DNA from: an uncultured Nitrososphaerota archaeon
GTDB taxonomy: Archaea; Thermoproteota; Nitrososphaeria; Conexivisphaerales; DTJL01
Assembly: GCA_963842885.1 (NCBI GenBank)
Contig: CAWJIE010000004.1
Coordinates: forward strand, 128,001 to 192,000
Direction: 5' to 3'
Length of the DNA stretch: 64,000 nucleotides
The notes under the pieces are model-generated. The model did no database searches, was not told where the DNA came from, and saw only the letters and a list, made by a program, of their open reading frames with translations. Positions 30,423 to 40,550 of the stretch are shown here, piece by piece. The translations under genes were made by a program, and so were the position numbers. Each line of letters starts with the position of its first letter. The stretch's first letter is position 1.

Positions 30423-32690
30423 AAAGCACTGGCCCAGAGCAATCCCGCCGTCGCCGGGCGGCACCTTGACATTCGTGATGACCCTCAGACGGCCTCGGAC
30501 TGCCTCGCGGATGCCCTCCATGAGGTAGGTGTTCACCGCAGCTCCACCCGATACGGCCAACACCACGTCGCTTCTTCTCGATTTCGCAAGGGCAATCGAA
30601 GCCAGGCCTATTCCCACGGCGTGCTGCACGCTGTACGCCAAAAGGCCGGTGTCATTCGGGCGATCGAGCTCGAGCAGCTGCTCGAACAGGGAGGTCGTGT
30701 CGAAGACGTCGACCTCGCCCTTCCTGATCCGTGGCGTGAGCTGGTCTACCCCGCGCTTGGAAGAGGCCTCCAGCCTTATGGCGGGCTCTCCTTCGTAGCT
30801 GCGGAAGAGGCTCAGCCCCAGGAGGGCCGACGCAGCGTCCAACACCCGGCCTGTGCTCGAAGTAGATATCCCGGCGCTGCGCGATTGTTGCAGTATCACG
30901 TCGAGCTCCTGGCGACCGTGAGGGAGGCCACCAAGGAGGCCCTTGGCCGAATAGAGCTTGAAGACCTCACCGTCGCTGAGGAACCGGGACAGGATAGAGG
31001 CCAGCATCCTCGCGGGGTAGGTCGAGGCGAGGTCGCCGCCTGAGAGCGCTTGGTATTCGAGATGTCCCAGCCGGTGGTAGCCCTTCGTTCCGAAGCGCAG
31101 CACTTCGCCTCCCCAGATGTTGCCGTCGTCCCCGTACCCCGTGCCGTCGATGGCGATGCCGAGTACTTCACCTTCGATGTGATGCTCTGCGGCGACGGAC
31201 GCAAGGTGTGCCCAGTGGTGCTGCACCCTCCTGAGAGGGGAGCGGTATCGCTCGCTCCACCTTTCGGCCATTGCCGTGCTGGGGTAGCTGGGGTGGAGGT
31301 CACAGACCGTGGTCGAATCCTCGGGGCGCAACCTGTAGTTCTTGAGGAGGAGCTGGATGTACCTCTCCAGCTCCAACGACGTGGAGTATTCGTCAGTGTC
31401 ACCGATGTACTGCGTCAGGACGGCCTTGTCGCCGAAGCCGACTCCCCCTGCGTTCTGGAGCATGGCACCGAAGCAGACCGCTGGAGATCGCAACTTTGTC
31501 GGCAGCTCGATCCACTTGGGAGCGTAGCCGCGTCCTCTTCGCAGAAGCGCCGGGCGGCCCGCCGTCAGTCGCACGACGCTGTCATCCACCCTGTTGACTA
31601 TGCGCCTGTTGTGAAGCAGGAAGAAGTCCACATACGGCGAAAGCTTCTCCCTGGCTTCGCGCTCGTCCACGCACATGGGCTCTCCAGGAGGGTTCCCGCT
31701 AGTCATAATGGCGAAGTGGTCCCTCAACCGTCTCAGGAGGAGGTGATGGAGGGGGGTGTACGGGAGGAAGAGGCCCACCTGGCGCAGGCCCGGGGCCACC
31801 TCGGGAGACAACGGGGAACCCTTCTTGGCGTCTACCAACAATATGGGCTTCTCCGGCGAATCCAGGAGCCTCCCCTGGGCTGCAGAGACGACGCCGAGCC
31901 CTCCCAGCACATCCAAGTCCAGCCCCATCACGGCGAATGGTTTGGACGGCCGCCGTTTGCGGCGGCGCAGCTCTCTGACCACTTGGTCATCGCTTGCACT
32001 GGCCGAGATATGGAAGCCTCCTAGGCCCTTGACGGCCACGATTTTTCCCTCGACGATGAGCCTCCCCACCTCGTTGATGGGGTCGGCCGCTGAGATCCTG
32101 TGGCCTCCCGCGTCCTCCAGCCACACCCTCGGTCCGCACATGGGGCAGCTGATCCCCTGGACGTGAAACCTCCTGACGTCCTGCGGGTCGTCGTACTCAC
32201 GCCTGCAGGACCTGCAGAGCTTGAAGGGGTCCATCGAAGTGTTCGTCCTGTCGTAGGGGGTGGCCTTTATCACCGAGTACCGGGGGCCACATACGGCGCA
32301 GGAGTTGAAGGGGTAGAGGTGGAATCTGCTTTCCGGATCAAGGACCTCGTGGAGGCAGTCCTTGCAGACGGCCAAGTCGGCGGGGATCATCGAGGGGCTG
32401 TTGGCGTTGGCGTCGCTCTCCATTATGGTGAAGTTGCAGTAGCCCTTGGGCTCAATAGGTCGTGTCCTGATGGACTCGACATAGGCTGCGCTGGGCTTCT
32501 CCGGCTTGATCGAGCTGCGGAAGGCTTCCACGGAGGCGGAAGGGCCTTCCACGACGGCAATCACCGCACTTCCGCCCACATTCTTGACATAGCCTGAGAG
32601 GCCATACTGAGTGGCGAGCCTGTAGATGAAAGGCCGAAAACCTACACCCTGGACGATTCCCGTTATGGTGAGCTCCACGGCTTCTTTCAA
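30402..32690 (-). CDS. hypF: Carbamoyltransferase HypF
   Basis: GIVQGVGFRPF, Zn-finger CxxC repeats, KGLGGFH, QHHWAH, DGTGYG, GDGGIALGQ. Confidence 0.97.
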   Translation of the reverse strand: MKEAVELTITGIVQGVGFRPFIYRLATQYGLSGYVKNVGGSAVIAVVEGPSASVEAFRSSIKPEKPSAAYVESIRTRPIEPKGYCNFTIMESDANANSPSMIPADLAVCKDCLHEVLDPESRFHLYPFNSCAVCGPRYSVIKATPYDRTNTSMDPFKLCRSCRREYDDPQDVRRFHVQGISCPMCGPRVWLEDAGGHRISAADPINEVGRLIVEGKIVAVKGLGGFHISASASDDQVVRELRRRKRRPSKPFAVMGLDLDVLGGLGVVSAAQGRLLDSPEKPILLVDAKKGSPLSPEVAPGLRQVGLFLPYTPLHHLLLRRLRDHFAIMTSGNPPGEPMCVDEREAREKLSPYVDFFLLHNRRIVNRVDDSVVRLTAGRPALLRRGRGYAPKWIELPTKLRSPAVCFGAMLQNAGGVGFGDKAVLTQYIGDTDEYSTSLELERYIQLLLKNYRLRPEDSTTVCDLHPSYPSTAMAERWSERYRSPLRRVQHHWAHLASVAAEHHIEGEVLGIAIDGTGYGDDGNIWGGEVLRFGTKGYHRLGHLEYQALSGGDLASTYPARMLASILSRFLSDGEVFKLYSAKGLLGGLPHGRQELDVILQQSRSAGISTSSTGRVLDAASALLGLSLFRSYEGEPAIRLEASSKRGVDQLTPRIRKGEVDVFDTTSLFEQLLELDRPNDTGLLAYSVQHAVGIGLASIALAKSRRSDVVLAVSGGAAVNTYLMEGIREAVRGRLRVITNVKVPPGDGGIALGQCFLADPGD

Positions 32691-32842
32691 CAGGCCCCAG
32701 CCCCGAGTATGCGGGTCAGGAGCATCCTCCATCGATTTATACGTTCAGTGCGAGACGTGAAAGGGAATCGCCAATCATGAAGAAGCCTCATATACGGTCC
32801 TGCACGAAGGAGTGAGGTTCGAAGGGAGGCCAGTGAGTAGGC

Positions 32843-33289
32843 TTGCATGAAATGAGCCTGGCGCACAGCGTCGTCGCATCGGTCCTGTCAGAGGCCGACA
32901 AGCATGAGGCGAAGAAGGTCCTGAAGATTCAGCTTGCAATAGGGGAGCTGATGCAGCTCGACAAAGCCATTATGGTCGAGTCCTTCCGGTCGTTGCTGGA
33001 GGGGCCCGTCTTGGGCGGCGCCGAGCTCGAAGTTACAGACGACAAGGCCGTCTTCACCTGTCAGAAGTGCTCCGCGAAGTGGGGCATGGACGAAACGAAG
33101 GAGCAGCTGAAGTCCGTCGCTGCGGAACTCATGATCAGCGAGCCCGACAGCAAGGAGCTCCCCCTTCATTTCCTCCCTGAGCTGTATCCCGCCTTTGTCC
33201 ACTGTCCGCAGTGTGGCAGCTCAGACATCTTCCTGAGCGACGGCGGCGTCATCAAGATAACCAGGCTCGTCCTGGAGAAGAGTGAATAG
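32843..33289 (+). CDS. hypA: Nickel metallochaperone HypA (extended type)
   Basis: MHEMSLA, CQKC...LHFLPE...CPQCGS. Confidence 0.95.
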   Translation: MHEMSLAHSVVASVLSEADKHEAKKVLKIQLAIGELMQLDKAIMVESFRSLLEGPVLGGAELEVTDDKAVFTCQKCSAKWGMDETKEQLKSVAAELMISEPDSKELPLHFLPELYPAFVHCPQCGSSDIFLSDGGVIKITRLVLEKSE

Positions 33290-33291
33290 TC

Positions 33292-34069
33292 ATGCCGTTG
33301 ATGTTCCAGCAGGACCAGGCGCTCGACAGGCTCAGGCGGGTCAAGCACGTCATCCTTGTCGGCAGCGGCAAGGGTGGAGTCGGCAAGAGCTTCGTCGCGA
33401 GCGCCCTTGCCGTAACCCTATCCAGAGGAAGGCAATTCCACGGCCCTCCTGGACATTGACGTGCATGGCCCGAGCCTCCCAGGCTACCTTGACGTGAAGC
33501 CCCCCATCAGGAGCACGAAGGATGGGCTCGAACCCAAGGTCGTGGGGAAGCTGAAGACGATGTCCGTGGGGTTCTTCACAGGGGACAGGCCGGCTCCGCT
33601 GAAGGGAGGGGAGAAGCAGGCCCTCGTGACTCAGCTTCTGGCCCAGACCAACTGGGGGAAGCTGGACTTCCTGGTGGTCGACCTCCCGCCGGGCACGGGT
33701 GACGAGCTGCTCGCCGCCTTCAGGCTGTTCGCTGGCAACTGCCGGCTGATCCTCGTTACCACTCCGTCCGAGCGTGCTCTTTCGGTCGTGGCCAAGCTGG
33801 CCAGACTTGCGAAGCAGGAGAAGGTGGAAGTGGCCGGTTTCGTCCTGAACATGAGCTACCTTTCGGCGGGAGGAAGAAAGCTCTACCTTCTGGGGAAGGC
33901 CAAGCCCAAGTCCATGGAGGAGGACCTTGGAGCTAAGATGCTGGCCGAGATCCCGCTCGAGCCGAAGCTGAATGAAGATGACCTACTTTCAGTGCTCAAG
34001 GAGAACAAGGCCCTCGCCGTGGCCTTCAGCTCGCTCGCCCGGAGCATCGGCGGTAAGCGTCATTCCTGA
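33292..34069 (+). CDS. Mrp/NBP35 P-loop ATPase, probable HypB substitute; frameshift ~33425
   Basis: SGKGGVGKS, DIDVHGPS, DLPPGTGD, VTTP; directly after hypA. Confidence 0.88.
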
Positions 34070-34485
34070 CGCTGCTTCTTCTTTCTTGAGAACGTGAACT
34101 TCGCCGTCAGTACCTTCTCCGAGCTGAAGAGCTTGGAGCCGATGTACAGTATCAAGACGGTCCAGAGGACCAGGTAGCCGAGCCCCAGCATCCCGATGGC
34201 GTAGTCACCTGTGAAGGCCATCTTGGAGAAGATGGTGGCGTAGGAGAACGGGAACAGGAGGAGGCCCACCTGTATGGGGGTGGAGAAGCTCTGCAGGTCG
34301 CTGAAGAGCAGCATGAAGGTCGGTATCATGATGGGGATGATGAGATAGCCGACGACGGCCTGCGCGCTTCTGACGTCCTCGCAGAAGACGCCGATGACTA
34401 TGGCGAGTGACGTGGCGAAGGCTAAGGTAAGGAATACGAGGGCCAGAATCAAAGGTAAGGTCACCCCTTCAGGAGGTGGCAGCAA
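34060..34485 (-). pseudogene. C-terminal fragment of an ABC-2/NatB-type permease
   Basis: EDVRSAQ, PFSY, SKLFSSEKVL; N-terminal two-thirds absent, abuts the tRNA promoter. Confidence 0.6.
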
Positions 34486-34529
34486 CTTTCAAAGCCTTAA
34501 ATAATCCACACAAAAAACGCTATCGATGT

Positions 34530-34643
34530 GGGCCTGTAGCTCAGCCAGGTAGAGATTGACCTCGCCTAGAGCGGCTGGCTCTTACGGCACCGATCGGTGC
34601 TGGGGAAACCAGTAGGTCGGGGGTCCGAATCCCTCCAGGCCCG
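34530..34643 (+). tRNA. tRNA-Lys(CTT) with two introns (22/23 at 34553-34569; 37/38 at 34585-34607)
   Basis: GGGCCTG/CAGGCCC acceptor, GCTGG-CT-CTT-A..A-CCAGT, BHB motifs at both junctions; TATA CTTAAATA upstream. Confidence 0.95.
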
Positions 34644-34769
34644 CCTAAACCCTTTACACAGCAGAGGCTTCACTGTCGGGCGGCGGATTCTCTAGTATCG
34701 AGAAGCCAAGTCGATGCGGGAGAGGCTGGGAATACCGGCGTTGGGATGGTCCCCATTCTTCGAACCATT

Positions 34770-34850
34770 GTAAAATACTCAATATCCCACTATAATATGC
34801 ATTAAATATGTACTATACTTTTCTTGTAGGGTTTATGCATACCAATAATA
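34770..34850 (+). promoter_or_regulatory. AT-rich promoter/operator region of the hydrogenase operon
   Basis: Repeated AATAT/AATAC units and TTTATGCATA (palindromic TATGCATA) in a GC-rich background. Confidence 0.45.
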
Positions 34851-34913
34851 GCTGACTGACATCGGTCCTGCATGAACAATCTTCATAGGCTGGGGAGACA
34901 GTGAAAATCCTGA

Positions 34914-36044
34914 GTGAAGTTGCAGTACATCGTCGACCGGGAGTCCCTCTCAAGTCTCATCTCCAATCTGCGCTCCCTTGGGTACACGGTGGTGGGCCCG
35001 AAGCTCGTCGACGATGCCGTATGCCTGACCGAGATAACGAAGTTCGAAGACTTAGCCGGGGGGGTCGTGGACGTTCAGTCCCCTGGCAGATACAGGATCG
35101 AAGGTCTTTCTCCCTTCATCTTCTCCGCGGTTAACGGACCGCATTCCGCCAAGAGATTCCTCCATCCGAGCAGGGTGCCGATGGTCAGGCTTAAGGAAGA
35201 CCGGGGGGGCCTGAAGACCGAATCGGTCTTCCAGGCTGACAGGAAGTTCGCGTTCTTGGGGCTCCGGCCCTGCGATTTGAAGGCCGTCGAGGTGTTGGAC
35301 CGCGCACTCATCATGGCGCAGTACAAGGACCCTGTCTACACCCCTTTGAGGAAGGAGTCGATCTTTATCGTCGTCAACTGTGGCCGGGCCGGAGAGAACT
35401 GCTTCTGCGCTTCGATGGGAACTGGCCCGAAGGCTGAGAGCGGCTACGACCTAGCGATAACCGAACTTCCGGACAAGCTCCTGGTGGATGTCACCGACGG
35501 GCGAATGGGCTTGATGGAGGGCATCGAAATGAAGCTTGCGCGGCCGAATGAGCTGCGCCAGGAGTGGGACCTCATGCAGAAGGTGTGCGGCGACATGCGG
35601 AAGAAGATCGACAGAGAGAACCCCTCGGATTTCATGTACGAAGGGCTGGAGAGTCCCGTGTGGGACGAGGTAGCCCAGAGATGTCTGGGCTGCGGGAATT
35701 GCACTATGGTCTGCCCCACCTGCTTCTGCAACACGCTGCAGGACATCACTGATCTGAAGGACGGCAGCGTGACTAGGGTCAGGCTCTGGGACTCGTGCCT
35801 GTCTCGGAACTTCACCTACAGCGTCGGCGGAAACCCCCGGCTGGACAGGAAGGCCCGGTACAGGCAGTTCGTCATGCACAAGTTCGCCTACTGGCCAGAC
35901 CAATTCAGGCTGTACGGCTGCGTCGGCTGCGGGAGGTGCATCACTTGGTGCCCCGTAGGCATAGACATCTCGGATACGGTGAACAGGGTGCTGAAGACCG
36001 AGGGCGACAGAAGGCCGCTTCCGGAGGTTGTCAAGGTTGCCTGA
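34914..36044 (+). CDS. hydB: Group 3b [NiFe]-hydrogenase (sulfhydrogenase) beta subunit, 4Fe-4S
   Basis: GLRPCD, CFCASMGTGP, CLGCGNCTMVCPTCFC, CVGCGRCITWCP. Confidence 0.92.
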   Translation: MKLQYIVDRESLSSLISNLRSLGYTVVGPKLVDDAVCLTEITKFEDLAGGVVDVQSPGRYRIEGLSPFIFSAVNGPHSAKRFLHPSRVPMVRLKEDRGGLKTESVFQADRKFAFLGLRPCDLKAVEVLDRALIMAQYKDPVYTPLRKESIFIVVNCGRAGENCFCASMGTGPKAESGYDLAITELPDKLLVDVTDGRMGLMEGIEMKLARPNELRQEWDLMQKVCGDMRKKIDRENPSDFMYEGLESPVWDEVAQRCLGCGNCTMVCPTCFCNTLQDITDLKDGSVTRVRLWDSCLSRNFTYSVGGNPRLDRKARYRQFVMHKFAYWPDQFRLYGCVGCGRCITWCPVGIDISDTVNRVLKTEGDRRPLPEVVKVA

Positions 36045-36867
36045 GACCCTGGCACTCACTTACACGCGAGCCGTGGTCCAAGACATCATGCCGGAGACGC
36101 CTGACACCATGACGTTCTCGTTTGAGCTCGAAGACGGGCGGGGAACGACCGACTTCCAACCTGGCCAGTTCAACATGCTTTACGTCTACGGCGTCGGCGA
36201 GGTGCCCATCTCCATCGCGTCGTCCCGAAGCGAGAGGTCGGTCAAGCATACGATTCGCTCTGTGGGCACGGTGACCACGCTCATTTCCAGGCTGAAGGTG
36301 GGGGAAGTCGTCGGACTGCGTGGCCCGTTCGGTACTCCCTGGCCCCTGGAGGGCGCATACGGCAAGGAACTGATGATAGTCGCTGGAGGCTTGGGGCTCG
36401 CTCCGCTACGTCCGGTGATACTGGAGGCGCTCGCTTCCGCTCACCGGTTCAAGGGTGTGAAGGTGTTGTACGGTGCCCGGACTCCCAAGGACCTCCTCTA
36501 CAAGTACGAGCACGCAGGCTGGAGCAACAGAGAGGGGGCCGAACTCCTCGTCACCGTTGACAGAGCCGAGGAGGGATGGTCAAAGAACGTGGGAGTGGTG
36601 ACCACGCTCTTCAGGCAGGTGGATGTCCTTGCTGAGGACGCAGTCGCCTTCGTCTGCGGACCCGAAGTGATGATGAAGTTCACCGTCCAGGAGCTTCTCA
36701 GACGCAGAGTGCCGCAGGACAACATAGTCGTCTCTCTTGAGCGGCACATGAGCTGCGGGGTCGGAACCTGTGGCCACTGCCAGATGGGGCCGGTCTTCAT
36801 ATGCAAGGACGGGCCCGTCTTCGCGTATCCCAAGGTAAAGCAGTTCTTCGCCAAGGAGGGGGTCTGA
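36028..36867 (+). CDS. hydG: Group 3b hydrogenase gamma subunit (FAD/NAD(P), 2Fe-2S)
   Basis: PGQFNML...GEVPISI, RGPFG, AGGLGLAP, CGPEVMM, CGVGTCGHC..C.DGPVF. Confidence 0.92.
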   Translation: MSRLPETLALTYTRAVVQDIMPETPDTMTFSFELEDGRGTTDFQPGQFNMLYVYGVGEVPISIASSRSERSVKHTIRSVGTVTTLISRLKVGEVVGLRGPFGTPWPLEGAYGKELMIVAGGLGLAPLRPVILEALASAHRFKGVKVLYGARTPKDLLYKYEHAGWSNREGAELLVTVDRAEEGWSKNVGVVTTLFRQVDVLAEDAVAFVCGPEVMMKFTVQELLRRRVPQDNIVVSLERHMSCGVGTCGHCQMGPVFICKDGPVFAYPKVKQFFAKEGV

Positions 36868-36869
36868 AG

Positions 36870-37637
36870 GTGTCCAAGCCCAAACTGGGAGTGTTAAAGT
36901 TCTCGTCTTGCGACGGCTGCCAGCTCTCCATACTCGACGCGGAGGAGGAGCTTCTTGCGCTGCTGGACAGGGTGGAAATCAGAGACTTCCTCGAGGCCAC
37001 CAGCGCGTCGTCCGGCGCCCCCTACGACATCTCCCTGGTGGAGGGCTCCATCTCGACGCCGGAAGAGGTGGAGAAGATAGTGCGGGTGAGGGAGGACTCC
37101 AAGATGCTAGTTACTATCGGCGCCTGCGCCACGGCCGGAGGATTGCAGGCGTTGAGGAACTGGAGCAGGCTGGACCTCTTCAAGGAGGTCGTCTACCCGG
37201 AACCGAAGTTCGTCAGATCCCTTGAGAAGGCCCTGCCAATCAGCGACTATGTGGGAGTGGACTTCGAGTTGCGCGGCTGCCCAATAAGCAAGGAACAGCT
37301 ACTGCAGTTCTTTTCTGCCGTGCTTCGTGGTGCTAGGCCGAGGCTTCCCACGAACGCTGTCTGTTTCGAATGCAAGCGGAAGGGGAACGTCTGCGTCGTG
37401 GTGGCGGACGGAACGCCGTGCCTGGGACCTGCCACCATGGACGGATGTGGCGCTATCTGTCCGTCGTATGCCAGGGGCTGCTACGGCTGCTTTGGCCCCT
37501 CCGACGACGTCAATTTGAAATCCTACGCCTCCTGGCTTGAGAAGAGCGGCGTCGAGCGTTCGACAGTCAAGCTCCTGGTGAAGGGTATCAATTCCTATTC
37601 GAAGGAGTTCAGAGGGTGGCTGGAAGGCCTTGAGTAA
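36870..37637 (+). CDS. hydD: Group 3b hydrogenase delta (small) subunit
   Basis: SSCDGCQ, EGS, IGACATAGG, RGCP, CLGP...CGAICP....CYGC. Confidence 0.93.
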   Translation: MSKPKLGVLKFSSCDGCQLSILDAEEELLALLDRVEIRDFLEATSASSGAPYDISLVEGSISTPEEVEKIVRVREDSKMLVTIGACATAGGLQALRNWSRLDLFKEVVYPEPKFVRSLEKALPISDYVGVDFELRGCPISKEQLLQFFSAVLRGARPRLPTNAVCFECKRKGNVCVVVADGTPCLGPATMDGCGAICPSYARGCYGCFGPSDDVNLKSYASWLEKSGVERSTVKLLVKGINSYSKEFRGWLEGLE

Positions 37638-38922
37638 GCGGATAGTCGTCGACACGGGGCCTCTGGCCCGGGTCGAAGGTGAAGGCTCGCTCGTAATAGA
37701 GAGCGAAGCGGGGAAGGTACTGGACGTCCGCCTGAACATATTCGAACCTCCGCGTTACTACGAAGCTTTCCTCCAGGGGAGGAAGGTGGAGGAGGTGGTG
37801 GACATCGTGTCCAGGATCTGCGGTATCTGTCCCGTGGCCTACCAGATCAGCGCGCTCAACGCGCTGGAAGGGCTGTTCGGGGTGGAGATAGACGAGCAGG
37901 TCCAGAGGCTGCGCCGCTTAATCTACCTGGGCGAATGGATTGAAAGCCATTCTCTGCACGTCTTCATGCTCGCGGCTCCGGACTTCCTCCGAGTCCCCGA
38001 TGCCATGACCCTAGCCAAGAAGGAACCCGAGCTCGTCAAGAAGGCCCTCTCTCTGAAGCATCTTGGCAACGGCATCATGGCTGTGATAGGTGGAAGGGAG
38101 GTCCACCCAGTCTCCCTCAAGCTGGGGGGGATATACAAGGCTCCCACCAAGGAGGCCCTAGAAGATCTGACCGCCAAGCTGGACATACTCCTCGCATTCG
38201 CGGAGGAGGCCGTGCACTTCTCTGCGGCGCTCGAAGCCCCGACGTTGGAAAGGGACGTGACCTTCGTGGGTCTGAGGGAGCCGTCGAGATACGCCATAAC
38301 AGGCGGAGACATCGTGTCGAACAGAGGTCTGCATGTCCCTCCTTCGGCCTTCGAAGACAACTTCGTTGAGCACCAGGTGGAGTACTCGCATGCTTTGCGT
38401 TCCCTGACGAAGGACGGGGGCTCCTACATGGTGGGTCCACTGGCGCGGGTCAACCTGAACTTCGACCAGCTTCACCCAAGGGCGAGGGGACTGGCTGACG
38501 AGATAGGGTTCAAGCCGCCGGTGACCGACCCCTTCAAGAGCATTGTCGCCAGGGCTTTGGAGCTGGTCCACGCACTCGAGCAGGTCAAGGAGGAGGTCGG
38601 GCTGTATTCCGAGCCGGCCCACCCGCATCCGAGCTATGAATATCGCGAAGGGACGGGCCAAGGAGTGAGCGAAGCCCCTAGAGGAGTCCTCTACCACAGC
38701 TACCAAGTGAACCGAAAAGGGTACGTTGAAAAGGCGAAAATCGTTCCCCCTACGGCCCAGAATCAGGTGCGGATTGAGGACGACATCAGGGGGCTGGCCC
38801 CGAAGATCGTCGAAGCCTCCCCGGAAGAAGCAAGGAGGCTGAGCGAAATGGCGGTGCGCAACTACGACCCATGCATATCTTGCGCGACGCACTTCCTCAA
38901 GCTGAAGATCAGATGTCTGTAG
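37630..38922 (+). CDS. hydA: Group 3b hydrogenase alpha (large, NiFe) subunit
   Basis: RVEGEG, L1 RICGIC, L2 DPCISCATH plus a cleavable C-terminal extension. Confidence 0.96.
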   Translation: MSKRIVVDTGPLARVEGEGSLVIESEAGKVLDVRLNIFEPPRYYEAFLQGRKVEEVVDIVSRICGICPVAYQISALNALEGLFGVEIDEQVQRLRRLIYLGEWIESHSLHVFMLAAPDFLRVPDAMTLAKKEPELVKKALSLKHLGNGIMAVIGGREVHPVSLKLGGIYKAPTKEALEDLTAKLDILLAFAEEAVHFSAALEAPTLERDVTFVGLREPSRYAITGGDIVSNRGLHVPPSAFEDNFVEHQVEYSHALRSLTKDGGSYMVGPLARVNLNFDQLHPRARGLADEIGFKPPVTDPFKSIVARALELVHALEQVKEEVGLYSEPAHPHPSYEYREGTGQGVSEAPRGVLYHSYQVNRKGYVEKAKIVPPTAQNQVRIEDDIRGLAPKIVEASPEEARRLSEMAVRNYDPCISCATHFLKLKIRCL

Positions 38923-39066
38923 GAAGAGGTCCATCCTTCGTCGGCCTTTTGAAAAGCGTCGAAGCTCTCTCCCGCCTACCGAAAGAGTGCTCGGCCTAGG
39001 CTTGGTCTTACGGCCCGCCGGCCTCGCGGAAGACGAGCCCTCTGCCCCGATCCACTGCGCAGTTGG

Positions 39067-40398
39067 CTAGTTGGGGAACGGTGGTATTACGCCGCTCTTC
39101 ATCAGGGCTTCGATCTGGTTCCTCGCATGAGAAATCATTGAGGTGGACGTGTGCATGAGCTCCTCCCTAGACAGCTTCTTCCTGGTAATCCCCTGCTCCA
39201 TGGCCTTCGAAGCGACGGCCGTCGCGACGCGCGGGTAGACCTCCCATTCGGTCATCTTCGGGACGATATGCTCTTCGCTGAGGCCCCCTTCTTCTGCGAA
39301 CTTGGCGAGCTCCATGGAAGCTGCGACCGCCATCTCATCGGTGATGGTCTTGGCCCTGATGTCCAAGACCCCCCTGAAGACTGACGGGAAGACCAACGAA
39401 TTATTCACCTGGTTAGGGAAGTCGCTGCGGCCGGTTGCTACAATCTTCGCACCCGCGTCCTTCGCCTCCCAGGGCCATATCTCCGGGACGGGATTGGCCA
39501 TGGCGAAGACAATCGAACCCTTCTCCATCTCCCTGATCCACTCCGGTTTCACGAGGTTCGGGCCTGGGGTCGCTGCGGCTATCAGGACGTTGGCTCCCTT
39601 CAAAGCCTCGGGGAGACCGCCCTTCCGCTTCTCGCCGTTCGTCTTGATAGCGATATCGTACTTCCAGGGGTTCTCGGAGGCCATCTTCTCGATGTCCTCT
39701 CGCTCCGGCTGGAGGATCCCCTTGCTGTCGACCAGGACTATCTTCTTCGCGTCGACGCCGGCCGAAATGGCGAGGCGTGCGTTGCTTAGGTTGGCGGCGC
39801 CGGCCCCGAAGAAGACCACATGGACGTCGGAGAGCTTCCTGCCCACGACCTTGACGGAGTTGATGAGCCCGGCGACGGTGGCTGCTGCAGTCCCCTGCTG
39901 GTCGTCATGCCATACAGGGATGTTCATCTCCTTCCTGCACCTCTCCAAGATGTAGAAACAGTCGGGCTGCCTGATGTCTTCAAGATTGACGCCGCCAAAC
40001 GCCGGCTCCAGCACCTTTGCGACCTCGACGAAACGCTCCTTGTCGAGGACGCTTATGGGCAGGGCGAAGGCGTCGACCCCTCCCAGATACTTGAAGATGA
40101 GCGCCTTCCCCTCCATGACCGGCGCCGAAGCCTCTGGACCTATGTCACCCAGCCCTAGGACCCTGGTACCATTAGTGAGGATCGCGATGGTGTTCCATCT
40201 GTTGGTGTATTCGAAGGAGAGGCCCTTATCCTTGAAAATCTCCCTGGACACTTGGGCCACGCCCGGCGTGTACCACACCCCAAAATCCTTGAGGGAGGTG
40301 ACCGGAACGCGAGGGGCCACCTCGACCTTCCCACCGTAGTACGCCGCATACTTCACGGCGAGTTCGTACGGCTTGTTAACATCTGGTTTCGCTGTCAA
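39067..40398 (-). CDS. mae: NAD(P)-dependent malic enzyme
   Basis: YTPGVA, RVLGLGDIG, MEGK, NLEDI, HDDQQGT, GRSDFPNQVNN. Confidence 0.95.
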   Translation of the reverse strand: MTAKPDVNKPYELAVKYAAYYGGKVEVAPRVPVTSLKDFGVWYTPGVAQVSREIFKDKGLSFEYTNRWNTIAILTNGTRVLGLGDIGPEASAPVMEGKALIFKYLGGVDAFALPISVLDKERFVEVAKVLEPAFGGVNLEDIRQPDCFYILERCRKEMNIPVWHDDQQGTAAATVAGLINSVKVVGRKLSDVHVVFFGAGAANLSNARLAISAGVDAKKIVLVDSKGILQPEREDIEKMASENPWKYDIAIKTNGEKRKGGLPEALKGANVLIAAATPGPNLVKPEWIREMEKGSIVFAMANPVPEIWPWEAKDAGAKIVATGRSDFPNQVNNSLVFPSVFRGVLDIRAKTITDEMAVAASMELAKFAEEGGLSEEHIVPKMTEWEVYPRVATAVASKAMEQGITRKKLSREELMHTSTSMISHARNQIEALMKSGVIPPFPN

Positions 40399-40550
40399 TT
40401 CCAGGATCGACTTGAATTGGCTGATGCTGAGATTTAAGGTTGTCCTGTGCCCATTTCACGAATACTGTCAACATGTGAGACGTTGATGTGTGAAAAGCTT
40501 ACAGGAATAACCATAAACACTTAATAGAAACGCGCGACGATTGAATCTAA

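Noticed and set aside
37630-38922. Selenocysteine or stop-codon recoding in the hydrogenase
   Set aside because: All four NiFe ligands are Cys and the frame has no internal stop
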